Source of the DNA: Myxococcota bacterium
GTDB taxonomy: Bacteria > Myxococcota_A > UBA9160 > UBA6930
Length of the DNA stretch: 64,000 bases
Assembly: GCA_965223705.1 (NCBI GenBank)
Contig: OZ245015.1
Span: forward strand, 3,456,001-3,520,000
Reading direction: 5' to 3'
A program made the position numbers and the translations under genes. Shown in pieces: positions 48,138 through 58,511 of this stretch. A model generated the notes under the pieces. It did not search any database and had not been told where the DNA came from. It was given only the letters and a program-made list of their open reading frames with translations. Within the stretch, counting starts at the first letter, position 1. Each line of letters begins with the position of its first letter.

Positions 48138-49303
48138 GCGCGCCCCAACACCATGGAGCTGGCTCCGCGCAGCGTGACGAAGATCGTCTCCGCCTCGACT
48201 TGGTTGGGGGATTCTCCGCGAAGTTGGCGAACCCCTTCGGCGATCGTGTTGAGGCCGTGGAAGTACCCTTCTGAGAGCAGACCGCCGTGGGTATTGATGG
48301 GAAGTGCTCCGCCCGGGGCGTGGCCGCCCGACGTCAAAAAGTCGGCGGCTTCGCCGCGCCCGATGAAGCCAAAGTCCTCGAGCGCGATCGGCACCATCAT
48401 CGACGTCGCATCGTAAATCATCGCAACGTCGATATCCGAGGGGGAGATTCCCGCTTTTCCGAAGAGCTCCTTTCCGACCTCTTCTGGCGCGAGGCTGTAG
48501 GTCTTCGGCGTGTAGAGCAGCATCGGAACCGAACCCGGGTACGCGTACTGACCCGCGGCGAGGACATCGACGTGTTTCGCGCGAAGAGAACGCGCCCGTT
48601 CGCGGGAAACGATCACCATGGCCATGGCTCCGTCGGTCTCGAGGCAGTAGTCGTAAATGCGAAGCGGGCTGCTGATGACGCGACCCGCGCGGTAGTCGTC
48701 CATGGTGAGCGTGCGATCCCGGAGCAGTGCGCGGGGATTGCGATTGGCATAAGCCCGCTGGGTCACGGCCACCGACCCGAGCATCTCGGTCATCGCTTCT
48801 TCGTCGAGGCCGTAGTTTCCGGCATAGCTCTGCGCGTAGAGGGCGTGATGTTGTCCGGGAACCAGCAGGCCGAACGGTGCGGAATAAATGTCGCCGGGCG
48901 GCTCCGGCTCGCGACTGATGAGCCAACCATCCTTGGGGTCGAGCACCCGCTCACCCCTCCCCAGCCGAACACCCGACCGCGCGTTGAGCGCCCGGTAGAA
49001 AACGATGCAGCTGGCCAGGCCGGCCTCGATCGCCGCGGAAGCTTGCGCGACGGCGCCGCAGCAGTTCACGCCACCGAACTCGGTCTCGCCGTAGTATTTG
49101 ATCGAGGGCAGACCGAGCGCGTTGACGATCGCCGCTTCGCTCGTGTGATCCCAGGTGTAGCGGACCAGTCCATCGATATCATCGATTTCGAGCCCGGCAT
49201 CACCGAGGGCGGCGACAATCGCTTCAACTGCCAGTCGCAGCTCGCTCCGACCGGAGTTCTTCGAGAACTCGGTCTGTCCCAGTCCTACAATGCTTGTCTT
49301 CAT
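48134..49303 (-). CDS. SCP2-type thiolase-fold lipid-transfer protein (Ltp2-like aldolase)
   Basis: GQTEFSKNSGRSE, DYCLETDG, IYD and NTHGGLLSEGYFHG. Confidence 0.88.
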   Translation of the reverse strand: MKTSIVGLGQTEFSKNSGRSELRLAVEAIVAALGDAGLEIDDIDGLVRYTWDHTSEAAIVNALGLPSIKYYGETEFGGVNCCGAVAQASAAIEAGLASCIVFYRALNARSGVRLGRGERVLDPKDGWLISREPEPPGDIYSAPFGLLVPGQHHALYAQSYAGNYGLDEEAMTEMLGSVAVTQRAYANRNPRALLRDRTLTMDDYRAGRVISSPLRIYDYCLETDGAMAMVIVSRERARSLRAKHVDVLAAGQYAYPGSVPMLLYTPKTYSLAPEEVGKELFGKAGISPSDIDVAMIYDATSMMVPIALEDFGFIGRGEAADFLTSGGHAPGGALPINTHGGLLSEGYFHGLNTIAEGVRQLRGESPNQVEAETIFVTLRGASSMVLGRA

Positions 49304-49424
49304 GAACCGTCGCGCTCCCTTCGCTGGTCAAGGCGACGCTTCCCATGCTACACCGAGTGAGGTGCGCGCTCGTCCGGTTTCTCGGATCCCACGATCGCGT
49401 TACCCCCGATGAGGAGTCGAGACC

Positions 49425-49781
49425 ATGACCGTACGAACCATCGCAATCCTCGGGCGCGCCCCCGGTATGTCGTTCAAGGAGTTCGATCGCTACTGGCGAG
49501 AGGTGCACGCACCGATTGCGGCCGAAGTCCCCGGCGTCAGCCGCTACGTGCAGCGGCATATCGTTCCCGAAGGCGATGAGCCCAACAATGAGTTCGGCAT
49601 CGACGGCTTCGCGGTCCTCGACTACGAAAGTGTCGAGGCGATGGAAGCCGGCTGGGCCAGTGAGAAAGGGCAGCGGGCCCTCGCGGACGTTCCGAACTTT
49701 CTCGGACGTCACGACGTCGTGGTGCTCGAAGACCATGTCGTCGTCGACCGGGACGGCGACGGCTCGAAGAACGGGCACTAG
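49425..49781 (+). CDS. EthD family protein
   Basis: PGMSFKEFDRYWREVHAP, DG and DVPNF. Confidence 0.88.
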   Translation: MTVRTIAILGRAPGMSFKEFDRYWREVHAPIAAEVPGVSRYVQRHIVPEGDEPNNEFGIDGFAVLDYESVEAMEAGWASEKGQRALADVPNFLGRHDVVVLEDHVVVDRDGDGSKNGH

Positions 49782-49787
49782 CGCGGC

Positions 49788-50564
49788 ATGCCGCTTCCCG
49801 GGGTCAAGCAGTTCGATCTCACCGGAAGAGCGGCCATCATCACCGGTGGGTCGAAGGGCTTGGGCTTCGCGATCGCATCGGGTCTGGCCTCGGCGGGCGC
49901 CGACGTCGTGCTGAGCAGTCGCGACGCCGAAGAGGCGACCGCGGCCGCGGAAGCCATCGGCGCCGACTTCGGTCGCCGCGCGCTCGGGTTCCGTTCGGAC
50001 GTCACGTCGCCGGAAGATTGCGACGCCCTCGTCGCGCAGACCCTCGACGCGTTCGACCGAATCGACATCCTGATCAACAACGCGGGAATCGTTGTGAGAG
50101 GCCCGATCGACGAAGTGCCGTATGAAGCGTTTCGCGAAGCGCAAGCGACCAACGTCGACGGAACGTGGCTTCTGAGTCGTGCCGTGGTGCCTCACATGAA
50201 GCGAGCGCGCTACGGCCGCATCGTGAACTTGTCGAGCACCCTGGGGCTCGTCGGCCTCGAAAACCGGACCCCCTATGCGGCCAGCAAAGGGGCCGTCGTG
50301 CAGCTGACCCGTGCTCTAGCGCTCGAGCTCGCGCCCTACGAGATCACCGTGAATACCGTCTGCCCCGGTTCCTTCCTCACCCCGATGAACGAGCCATTCG
50401 CCGATTCCGAGCCGACGCTCAAGTTCATCGCGCGAAACGTTGCACTCGGGCGTTTCGGACGGCTCGAAGAGATCCAGGGCGCCGCCATCTTCCTGGCCAG
50501 CGCTGCGGGCAGCTACGTCACCGGGAGCGTGTTGACGGTCGACGGCGGTTGGACGGCGCGCTAA
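49788..50564 (+). CDS. Classical SDR oxidoreductase
   Basis: TGGSKGLG, NNAG, YAASK and VDGG. Confidence 0.94.
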   Translation: MPLPGVKQFDLTGRAAIITGGSKGLGFAIASGLASAGADVVLSSRDAEEATAAAEAIGADFGRRALGFRSDVTSPEDCDALVAQTLDAFDRIDILINNAGIVVRGPIDEVPYEAFREAQATNVDGTWLLSRAVVPHMKRARYGRIVNLSSTLGLVGLENRTPYAASKGAVVQLTRALALELAPYEITVNTVCPGSFLTPMNEPFADSEPTLKFIARNVALGRFGRLEEIQGAAIFLASAAGSYVTGSVLTVDGGWTAR

Positions 50565-50565
50565 G

Positions 50566-52059
50566 TCAGGCGACGAGTTCCGCTCGGTTGAGCGCGTCTG
50601 CGCCCGAACGGAGGCGCACCGACCGCCCGATTTGATTCCGGGTCATGAGCTCGGCGTACGTATCGGCATCATCCGGCGCATTAGCGACGAAGCGCTCGCC
50701 CTCGGCGGTCCGCCCGTAGACGATGGCGCGCACGGGCGTTCGGTCTCGCGCAAAGATCACCGTGTAGGTTTCGATCGTTCCGAGCCCTTCCGGTGCGTCG
50801 TCGATCGCGACCGGCGGGTCCCCCGCTTCGGGCCGAGCCGCATCTTCGAGGTCTCCTCCCAATGGACCGTCGCCGCGCGGGGTCGCGCCGTAAATTCCCA
50901 CGGCGTACTTGTGCATGAACCAGCCGAGTGCAGTGGTCATCCCGAGTCGGTAGCGGCCGTCGGCGATCGCCTCCGCGGTGGTCGCGATTCCGTGGAGTGC
51001 GTAGTTGCTACCCGGCCCACCGAAGAACCCGAGACCGCCGGTGAGTGTGAGCGGACGCGGGTCGCCGTCGTCGATGCCGAGCTCGCGGCGAGCGACCGAC
51101 ACCGCGCAGGGGAAGCAGCTGTAAAGGTCGAAGCAATCGACGTCTTCCACGCGAACACCCGCGCGCTCCTCCGCCAATCGGGCGGCCCGAGCCATCGCGG
51201 GGCTCCGAGTAAAATCCGACTTCTCGACCATGAAGCGCTGGCGGTCCTTGGCGTAGCCACCGCCCAGGAAGTAGACCGGGCGTCCACCGCCTCCGCGGGT
51301 CGCCCGCGCGCGTTTTTCCGTCGTGAGGATGATCGCGGCGCCGAGGTCCGCCATCACGAGCGAAACCATCCGTTTGGTGTACGGGAAAGCAATCGGACGA
51401 TTGTCGGGACCGGGCGTCACGATCTCTTCCGCCGTAGCCGGATGACGCGTCCACGCGTTGGGATGGCGAGCGGCCACCTCGCTGAACCCCGCCCACGTCG
51501 TCCCGACGCGCGCCAACCATGCGTCGCGATCCAGACCCGATTGCGCCCACAACGCGTTCTCGAACAACGGGAAGCCGTGAATCGGAAGCGTCAGACCGTG
51601 GCGCGCCTCGAGCTCGCTACTCCCGACCGCGTCCTCTTCGTCGTAGTCGCTCGGAACGCCCTGAATGAGGGCTTGCTCGCCGCGAACGGCGTCCGCAGAA
51701 CGGGGGTAGTAGGTCTCTGCACCGCAGATCAGAACCGTTTCGGCTTCGCCGCGCGCGAGTAGGCCTGCCGCCTCGTTGACGAACTGCTGCGGGACCTGTC
51801 CCCCGATCCCCGAGACCCGGACACGTTTCGGTGTCGCCCCCAACCGAGCGGAGAGTTCGCGACCGACATCGGCGAGATTGCGGCTCTGGGTGCGAACCAA
51901 GAGAAGCGTATCGATGCTCTCGAGAACGCCGACGCCCGCGATTGCGCCCGCTTCGCGAGCGGCTGCCTCCATCAAATCGACGGGGTCTCGATACGGGGGC
52001 TGCGCATCTTTCCGTTGCGTCGCGTGCCCCCAACCCGTGACGACGACCTCGTCGGGCAT
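50566..52059 (-). CDS. Thiolase-like (acetyl-CoA acetyltransferase family) protein with C-terminal OB-like extension
   Basis: DLYSCFP, TLTGGLGFFGGPGSNY and IETYTV. Confidence 0.85.
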   Translation of the reverse strand: MPDEVVVTGWGHATQRKDAQPPYRDPVDLMEAAAREAGAIAGVGVLESIDTLLLVRTQSRNLADVGRELSARLGATPKRVRVSGIGGQVPQQFVNEAAGLLARGEAETVLICGAETYYPRSADAVRGEQALIQGVPSDYDEEDAVGSSELEARHGLTLPIHGFPLFENALWAQSGLDRDAWLARVGTTWAGFSEVAARHPNAWTRHPATAEEIVTPGPDNRPIAFPYTKRMVSLVMADLGAAIILTTEKRARATRGGGGRPVYFLGGGYAKDRQRFMVEKSDFTRSPAMARAARLAEERAGVRVEDVDCFDLYSCFPCAVSVARRELGIDDGDPRPLTLTGGLGFFGGPGSNYALHGIATTAEAIADGRYRLGMTTALGWFMHKYAVGIYGATPRGDGPLGGDLEDAARPEAGDPPVAIDDAPEGLGTIETYTVIFARDRTPVRAIVYGRTAEGERFVANAPDDADTYAELMTRNQIGRSVRLRSGADALNRAELVA

Positions 52060-53225
52060 CAGCTCGAGAACTCGGGGATGAGCTTTGCCAATGCCTCGAC
52101 CTGCTCCTTGACCTCGCCGATCGGTAGTAGCCCCTGATCGCAAAACACCAGGAAGTACTCCGGATCGAGCTGTTCCTTGACCGCCGCTAGCTGGCGCCGC
52201 ACGTCGTCGACCGTGCCGACGAAGCCGACGCCCGCCTCCATCACGGGCTCGATCGTCGTGGGGATGTTCGGATAGAAGCGCGAGTGATACATGCCCAGCA
52301 GGTACATGATGCCGCGCCGTGCCGTGTCGATCGCCTGCTCGCGGGTCTTTCCGATCGACACGATGCGGGCCAGGCCCACACTCTCGCCGAGCTTGAGGTC
52401 GCGCCCCGCCGCCTGCGCTTCTTTGCGATAGAACTCGGCCCCCTGGATCGCGACGTCGGGGAACGGCAAGAAGATCATCGGCACGATGCCTTCCCGGGCG
52501 CTCCAACCGATCGTCTCCTGGGTGAGCGTCATCGCTTGGAGAAGCAGCGGGTGCGGTTTCTGGAAAGGTTTCGGAATGGGCGAAACCTTGCGCAACCAGC
52601 CGTCGTCGTCGATTTCGCCGGGGGCGCAGAACTGGCGCGCCGCGTCAGCCGCGGGCCACTTCATCCCCTCGGGCGGGCTCGGAACCTGAATGTGCTTTCC
52701 CGCAAAAGAGAAGGGCTCGTCTCCCCAGCAGAGCTTCATCACCTGAAAAATCTCCTGAGAAACTTCGCGGTTGTGAAGCTCGATTTCGTTGCCGAGCACG
52801 GAGGGCTGAACCCCGTAGCGCTGCCCGAGGGTGTTCACCCAGTGCGGGAACACACCGCGCGCGAAACCGGCGACGCTCCGTCCGCGCGTCATTTGGTCGC
52901 ACCAGGCGATCTCCTCAGCCAGGCGAATCGGATCCCAGGTGGGAAGGACATAACCGAGCGGGCCGATCTTGATGCGCTCGGTGTGTGCGGCCAGGTTCAT
53001 CAGGTGCGGCGTCGGACTGTTCCCAGCGATCAGCCCGTCGGAGAAGAAGTGGTGCTCCGAGTAGGTGAGGATCTCGAACCCGCCCTGCTCGGCGAGCTGC
53101 GCCAATTCGACCATCTCGTCGATCATCTGCTGCACGCGATCGGTTCGGTGCGCGATCGGCCGGAGCGCGGCGCGTTCTTCGGGAGTTCCAGGAACGACGG
53201 GCCCGAGATGCAGGATGAATTTCAT
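52059..53225 (-). CDS. LLM class flavin-dependent oxidoreductase
   Basis: SEHHF, WDPIRLAEE and PFQKPHP. Confidence 0.9.
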   Translation of the reverse strand: MKFILHLGPVVPGTPEERAALRPIAHRTDRVQQMIDEMVELAQLAEQGGFEILTYSEHHFFSDGLIAGNSPTPHLMNLAAHTERIKIGPLGYVLPTWDPIRLAEEIAWCDQMTRGRSVAGFARGVFPHWVNTLGQRYGVQPSVLGNEIELHNREVSQEIFQVMKLCWGDEPFSFAGKHIQVPSPPEGMKWPAADAARQFCAPGEIDDDGWLRKVSPIPKPFQKPHPLLLQAMTLTQETIGWSAREGIVPMIFLPFPDVAIQGAEFYRKEAQAAGRDLKLGESVGLARIVSIGKTREQAIDTARRGIMYLLGMYHSRFYPNIPTTIEPVMEAGVGFVGTVDDVRRQLAAVKEQLDPEYFLVFCDQGLLPIGEVKEQVEALAKLIPEFSS

Positions 53226-53273
53226 GCCTTCCCCTTTTGCGGGAAGGTTACCACGGCATCTCTTGGCGAATCG

Positions 53274-54017
53274 CTAGCCCGGTAGGTAGACGCCGCCGTT
53301 GATGTGGATCGTCTGTCCCGTGATGTAGGCCGCGTCTTCCGACAGCAGGAACGACACGAGCGCCGCGATCTCCGCAGGCTTTCCGGCCCGGCCCGCTGGT
53401 ATCGGTCGCGCCATCTCCTCGATCTCCGCATCGTTGAACGCGGCCTTGAGACCATCGTGCAGGATCAGGCCCGGCGCGATGGCGTTCACGGTGACGCCGT
53501 GCGCCGCCAGATCCAGGGCGACGGACCGCGTGTAGCCGGTCACCCCGGCCTTGGCCGCGGCGTAAGGGCCCTGTTCCCCGACCGCTTGATAAGCCGACTG
53601 CGACGCGATGTTCACGATGCGTCCGAAGCCGGCGTCCTTCATGGCGGGAGCAAACGCGCGCGTCAGGAAAAAGGTGCCATCCAAATTCACCCGCATCGTT
53701 CTCGCCCACACCCGCGATTCCTGACCCGCCCCGTGAATACCGGCGTTGTTCACGAGGTATGCGACGTTCGCGTCGTCGGCCCGCAAGGCGTCGGCCAGGT
53801 CGACGACTTGCTCTTCTCGACCGACGTCGAGTGGGTAAAAGCCGAGTCGGCTCCGTTGGTCGGACGGGAATTGCGCAAGCCATCCTTGCGCGCTCTCCTC
53901 CGCGCGGTCGCAGGCGATGATCGTATGACCCTCGGAGAGAAGGCGGCGAACCATCGCGGTCCCGAGCCCGCCGATGGCACCGGTGATCAAGACCTGTCCT
54001 TGGGGTCGTTCGGGCAT
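53274..54017 (-). CDS. SDR oxidoreductase (FabG-like)
   Basis: TGAIGGLG, NNAG, YAAAK and ITGQTIHINGG. GGAGGAG RBS before 54017. Confidence 0.92.
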   Translation of the reverse strand: MPERPQGQVLITGAIGGLGTAMVRRLLSEGHTIIACDRAEESAQGWLAQFPSDQRSRLGFYPLDVGREEQVVDLADALRADDANVAYLVNNAGIHGAGQESRVWARTMRVNLDGTFFLTRAFAPAMKDAGFGRIVNIASQSAYQAVGEQGPYAAAKAGVTGYTRSVALDLAAHGVTVNAIAPGLILHDGLKAAFNDAEIEEMARPIPAGRAGKPAEIAALVSFLLSEDAAYITGQTIHINGGVYLPG

Positions 54018-54083
54018 AGGCTCCTCCGGCATGAATCGAGGGTACCCTGGGTCTGCTACCCGTGTCCCAGGAGGCAAGCGGAC

Positions 54084-54566
54084 ATGACATCGACGGTTGG
54101 AGCGATCACGGGGTTCGTCCACGCGCAGATCAACGTGAGCGATCTCGACCGATCGATCGCGTTCTACGAGAAGCTGGGATTCGAAGTGATCAGCAAAGGC
54201 ATCATCAAGGACCCACAGATCTTCGCGAGTTTGGGCCTCGAAGCCGGGCGTCTGGCGGGCGCGTTCCTGCGCATTCCGGGGAGGAGCACGAAGGTCACCC
54301 CCATGCTCGACATGATCCAGTTTCTCGACCCAGAGCCGGTGGGTTCGCCCTACCCCTCACTGAACCATTTGGGCATCAACCGGCTGTGTTTTCAGGTCGA
54401 CGATCTGGAGGCCGCGAAAGAAGCCCTGATCGCCCGCGGCGTCGAGCTTGTGGGCCCGGTTGGGGAAATCGTGACCAAGCCCAACGGTCTGCGCAGCAAA
54501 GTCCTGTGCTTCCGGGATCCCGACGGAACCGTTCTCGAGTACGCGCAGGTCGGCGTTCGGGACTGA
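54084..54566 (+). CDS. VOC/glyoxalase family protein
   Basis: HAQINVSDLDRSIAFY and FRDPDGTVLE. Confidence 0.9.
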   Translation: MTSTVGAITGFVHAQINVSDLDRSIAFYEKLGFEVISKGIIKDPQIFASLGLEAGRLAGAFLRIPGRSTKVTPMLDMIQFLDPEPVGSPYPSLNHLGINRLCFQVDDLEAAKEALIARGVELVGPVGEIVTKPNGLRSKVLCFRDPDGTVLEYAQVGVRD

Positions 54567-54622
54567 CCCTCGAGGCACGATCCGCGGTAGGATGGGCGAG
54601 ACTTGATCAACTGGGGCTTGTC

Positions 54623-55042
54623 ATGACGGACGACTTCTCGACGCGCTTGCAGATTCTCGAAACCGTGAACCGGTACGCGTGGAGCTACGACACGCGGGAC
54701 CTCGAGCTCATGGGTGAGTGCTTCGCTCCCCAGGCTGTGTTCGAGATCCTTCTCGAGGGCCACGAAGGCTGGGGGCCCTACAAGGGCCGGGACACCATCC
54801 TCGACTGGATGGGCTCGGTGATGGAATCCCAAAACGACCAGCGGCGTCACTGCGTGACGAACGTGATCTTCCGCGAGGTCACGCCGAACAAGGCGTTGGT
54901 CGAGTCCTACCTGCTGCTGACCGCGGTCGAGAACGGAAACCTGAGCGTCGTCTGCACCGGCACCTACCACGACGAAGTGGTGAAGGAAGGCGACGCGTGG
55001 TTCATCGCGCGGAAGACGCTTCGCCTCGACAACCCGTTCTAG
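54623..55042 (+). CDS. NTF2/SnoaL-like protein
   Basis: RYAWSYD, RRHCVTN and GTYHD. Confidence 0.87.
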   Translation: MTDDFSTRLQILETVNRYAWSYDTRDLELMGECFAPQAVFEILLEGHEGWGPYKGRDTILDWMGSVMESQNDQRRHCVTNVIFREVTPNKALVESYLLLTAVENGNLSVVCTGTYHDEVVKEGDAWFIARKTLRLDNPF

Positions 55043-55054
55043 ACCGGTTCTCCG

Positions 55055-56098
55055 ATGAACTCTCCGTTGTTCTCGCCCCTCGGGCTGCGCGGGCTCACGC
55101 TGAAGAACCGTATCGCCATGTCTCCCATGTTGATGTACATGGCCGGCGAGGACGGCCGCGTCCGCGATCGTCACTTCGTTCACTACGGTGCCCGGGCGCT
55201 GGGCGGTGTAGGTCTCGTCCTGACGGAAGTCGTCGCCGTGTCGCCGAGGGGGCGGATCAGCGCGAGCGACCTCGGGCTCTGGGACGACCGTCAGATCGAA
55301 GGCGTGAAGCGCGTCTGCGGCTTTCTCCACGAATGCGGAACGGCACTCGGCGTGCAGTTGGCACACGCCGGTCGGAAGTCGGCAGCCGGCGGCCGTCCAC
55401 AGGCGCCATCGGCCGTTGCGTATCCCGGGTTGGATGTGCCCGAAGCGATCGATAAGGACGGCCTCGCTGTACTTCGCGAAGCCTACGTCGCAGCGGCCAA
55501 GCGCGCGGCAGCGGCGGACGTCGACCTGATCGAGATCCATGCGGCTCACGGCTATCTCTTGCATAGCTTTCTCTGCCCGCTGACGAACTCTCGCACCGAT
55601 GCGTACGGCGGCGATCTCACCGGACGCGCTCGCTTTGTGCTCGAGATCGTCGAGGCCGTGCGCGACGTGTGGCCCAGCGAAAGACCGTTGGCCGTCCGCA
55701 TGACGGCGATCGACCACCACGAAGGCGGCGTCACGGAAGAGGAAGGCCTGTGGCTCTCTCGACGACTCGCTGAACTCGGCGTCGACCTCCTCGATGTGTC
55801 GACGGGCAACCTCATTCCGGAATACTCGGCGCCCGTCTACCCGGGGTACCAGGTTCGGTATGCGGAGAAGATCCGGCGCGAAAGTGGATTGGCGGTCGCT
55901 ACGGTGGGCTCCTTGGCTTCTGCGGATCTCATGGAAGAAATCATCGGAGCGGAACGCGTCGATCTCGTCTGTGTCGGCCGTGAACTGATCCGCAACCCCA
56001 ACTGGGCGATCGAATGCGCCCGACGGGCCGGCTCGACGCTCGAGCTCCCGATCGAAACGTATGCGCGAGCCACCGATGCCTATGAGCGCGGGTTCTAG
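55055..56098 (+). CDS. Old yellow enzyme (YqjM/NamA-like NADH:flavin oxidoreductase)
   Basis: LKNRIAMSPM, QLAHAGRK, HAAHGYL, RTDAYGG and GRELIRNP. Confidence 0.93.
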   Translation: MNSPLFSPLGLRGLTLKNRIAMSPMLMYMAGEDGRVRDRHFVHYGARALGGVGLVLTEVVAVSPRGRISASDLGLWDDRQIEGVKRVCGFLHECGTALGVQLAHAGRKSAAGGRPQAPSAVAYPGLDVPEAIDKDGLAVLREAYVAAAKRAAAADVDLIEIHAAHGYLLHSFLCPLTNSRTDAYGGDLTGRARFVLEIVEAVRDVWPSERPLAVRMTAIDHHEGGVTEEEGLWLSRRLAELGVDLLDVSTGNLIPEYSAPVYPGYQVRYAEKIRRESGLAVATVGSLASADLMEEIIGAERVDLVCVGRELIRNPNWAIECARRAGSTLELPIETYARATDAYERGF

Positions 56099-56122
56099 CG
56101 CGGGCTTTCTGGAGGACCAGGG

Positions 56123-57265
56123 TTGACCGTCACGAAAGGGGAACTGATCGAACGTACCGAGGCGCTGCTGCCCGGAATCGCCGCGCGCGCGCGGGAGAGC
56201 GAGGAGCAGCGGCGACCTCACGACGACACGATCCGCGAGCTGATCGACGCCGAGATCTTCCAGTCGTTGGTCCCTGCGTGCTACGGCGGGCACGAACTGA
56301 ACCTCGACACGCACGCGGAGATCGTACGTCGTCTGGCGAGTGCCTGTATGTCCACCGCCTGGGTGGCGGCCTTCTATATCGGCCACAACTGGATGCTCAC
56401 GAAGTTTCCGGAACAAGCACAGCGCGACGTCTTTGCCGATCGGCCCTTCACGCTGACGCCGATCCAGCCGTCACCCGGCATCGTCGCCAAGGAAGTGCGA
56501 GACGGTTACGAGATCACCGGCCGCTCGAGCTTCAGCTCCGGAATCATGCACGCCGATTGGGTGATCATCGCCGGAGCCGGCGCACCGGACTCGCGTGCCT
56601 TCGTCGTACCCGTTGGCGATTGCGAAGTCGATGATGTGTGGTTCATGAGCGGCATGGCCGGCACCGGAAGCAACGACGTCGTCGTCGAGAATGTGTTCGT
56701 CCCGGCGCACCGGACCATGCTCGCGGCTGACGTCTTCAACACAGTGGATTCGATTCACCCGAATCCGCTCTACCACATCCCCTTGCTGCCCTTTATCTAC
56801 TGCGAAGTCATGGGCGTCTACACCGGCGGCCTCGCGGGCGCTCTGGCCGTCTACGAAGCGCATGTTCTGGAGAAAACGATGACCTGGGGCGGCGACGCAA
56901 TCGCGGGCAAGCAAGCGACGCAGGTGAACCTCGGCATCGCCCACGCGCGCGCGAATGCCGCGGCCTTCTTGTACGACCGTCTCGTCTCGGACACCATGGC
57001 CACGGCCGTGGCGTCGGGCTTCACCCTCGACCGACGCCTCGAGCTCAAGCTCCTCGCCGGCTTTATCGGCGACACCTGTCGCGAGGGGGTCAACGCGATG
57101 ATGGCGCGAGCCGGTACGAAGAACTTTGCACTGGATGCACCCCTACAGCGTTTCTTTCGCGACATGAACACGCTCGCTTCTCACGCGTTCATCGACTGGG
57201 AAGTCTCCGCGGAACTCTACGGCCGGCACCGGCTCGGGCTCGAGCCGAACTCGCCGCTGGTATGA
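56123..57265 (+). CDS. Group D two-component flavin monooxygenase, oxygenase subunit (HsaA-like, ACAD fold)
   Basis: ACMSTAWV, FSSGIMHADW, WFMSGMAGTGS and LQRFFRD...H. Confidence 0.85.
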   Translation: MTVTKGELIERTEALLPGIAARARESEEQRRPHDDTIRELIDAEIFQSLVPACYGGHELNLDTHAEIVRRLASACMSTAWVAAFYIGHNWMLTKFPEQAQRDVFADRPFTLTPIQPSPGIVAKEVRDGYEITGRSSFSSGIMHADWVIIAGAGAPDSRAFVVPVGDCEVDDVWFMSGMAGTGSNDVVVENVFVPAHRTMLAADVFNTVDSIHPNPLYHIPLLPFIYCEVMGVYTGGLAGALAVYEAHVLEKTMTWGGDAIAGKQATQVNLGIAHARANAAAFLYDRLVSDTMATAVASGFTLDRRLELKLLAGFIGDTCREGVNAMMARAGTKNFALDAPLQRFFRDMNTLASHAFIDWEVSAELYGRHRLGLEPNSPLV

Positions 57266-57290
57266 TCTAAGGGGCCTGCAGGAGGATGAG

Positions 57291-58511
57291 ATGACCGAGC
57301 CTTTACACATCGATCCCTGGGCGTGGCGCAGCGAGACGCCGGGGGCCGACGACTGGCCGCGCACGGCTCGCCCGAACGACCCGAACAAGTTCTTCATCGC
57401 GTCCGCCGACTGTCACGCCAACGAGCCCGGCATGCTTTGGCACGAACGCATGGACGCGGCGTACCGCGACCGGCTTCCCCGGGTCGAAAGGGACAGCATG
57501 GGAGCGACCTTCCAGATTACGGAAGGCTTTCGCCCCCTGCGTCTACGCGACGTCAAGTACGACGGCGAGGACGGGGAGCGGAACGCAGCCGGAAGAACGC
57601 CCGAAGAACGCCTACAGGATCACTTGCGCGACGGCATCGACGCCGAGCTGATCTTTCCGAACAAGGGCCTCGCCATGTGGGCGACGCCGGATGCGCGTTT
57701 TGCGAGCGCACTTTGTCGCTGCTGGAACGACTGGGCGTGGGAGACCTTTGGGCCTTACAACCACCGGCTCTCTCCCGTCGCTTGTATCGCTCCGGGTGAT
57801 CTCGACGGCGCAATCGACGAGGTGAAGCGCACCGCGAAGCTCGGGTTCCGCTCGGTGTCCCTCCCCTGCAAGCCCGTGTGGGGACCGCCGAGCCACGAGC
57901 AGGCCAACTACAACCTTCCGGAGTTCGATCCTCTGTGGTCGGTGATCCAGGACGTCGGCCTGCCCATCACCTTTCATATCTCGACAGGCCGAGATCCCCG
58001 CACGGCGCGAGGAAACGGCGGAGCGGTCGTCAACTACGCGGTGCATTCTCTCTCGCCGACCATCGAGCCGATCGCGAATTTCTGTGCTTCGGGTTTGCTG
58101 GAACGATTTCCGGAACTCCACTTCGGCACGGTCGAGGCCGGCATCGGGTGGATCCCCTGGGCTCTTCAGGCGATGGACGAGGCTTACAAGAAACACCACA
58201 TGTGGGTGCGACCCAAGCTCAAGCAATTGCCGAGCGAGTATTTTCGCAGCAACGGCTTCGCGACCTTCGGTGAGGACGAAGCCGGGCTCGCCGTGGCGCG
58301 GGAATTCGACCTGGTCGAGAACTTTCTCTGGGCCAACGACTACCCCCACCACGAGGGGACGTGGCCGCACTCGCCCGCGGCGATCGAGCGGACGATGAGT
58401 GGACTCGCCGACGGGGAACGGGCCAAGATTCTCGGCGGGAACGCGGCGCGGATTTTCGGCTTCGAGCCGCGGAGGCTCGAGTCCTCGGAAGTTTCGGCGG
58501 CCGTCCCCTAG
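57291..58511 (+). CDS. Amidohydrolase_2 family protein
   Basis: SADCHANEP, LERFPEL, EAGIGW and NDYPHHEGTWP. Confidence 0.92.
   Translation: MTEPLHIDPWAWRSETPGADDWPRTARPNDPNKFFIASADCHANEPGMLWHERMDAAYRDRLPRVERDSMGATFQITEGFRPLRLRDVKYDGEDGERNAAGRTPEERLQDHLRDGIDAELIFPNKGLAMWATPDARFASALCRCWNDWAWETFGPYNHRLSPVACIAPGDLDGAIDEVKRTAKLGFRSVSLPCKPVWGPPSHEQANYNLPEFDPLWSVIQDVGLPITFHISTGRDPRTARGNGGAVVNYAVHSLSPTIEPIANFCASGLLERFPELHFGTVEAGIGWIPWALQAMDEAYKKHHMWVRPKLKQLPSEYFRSNGFATFGEDEAGLAVAREFDLVENFLWANDYPHHEGTWPHSPAAIERTMSGLADGERAKILGGNAARIFGFEPRRLESSEVSAAVP

Noticed and set aside
50566..52506. 646 aa fusion ORF, and similar N-terminal extensions on the ORFs at 7665, 44419, 47721-48926, 53304 and 54062
   Set aside because: The extensions are off-frame overlaps with neighbouring genes. 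The true starts are internal, supported by RBS or stop/start coupling.
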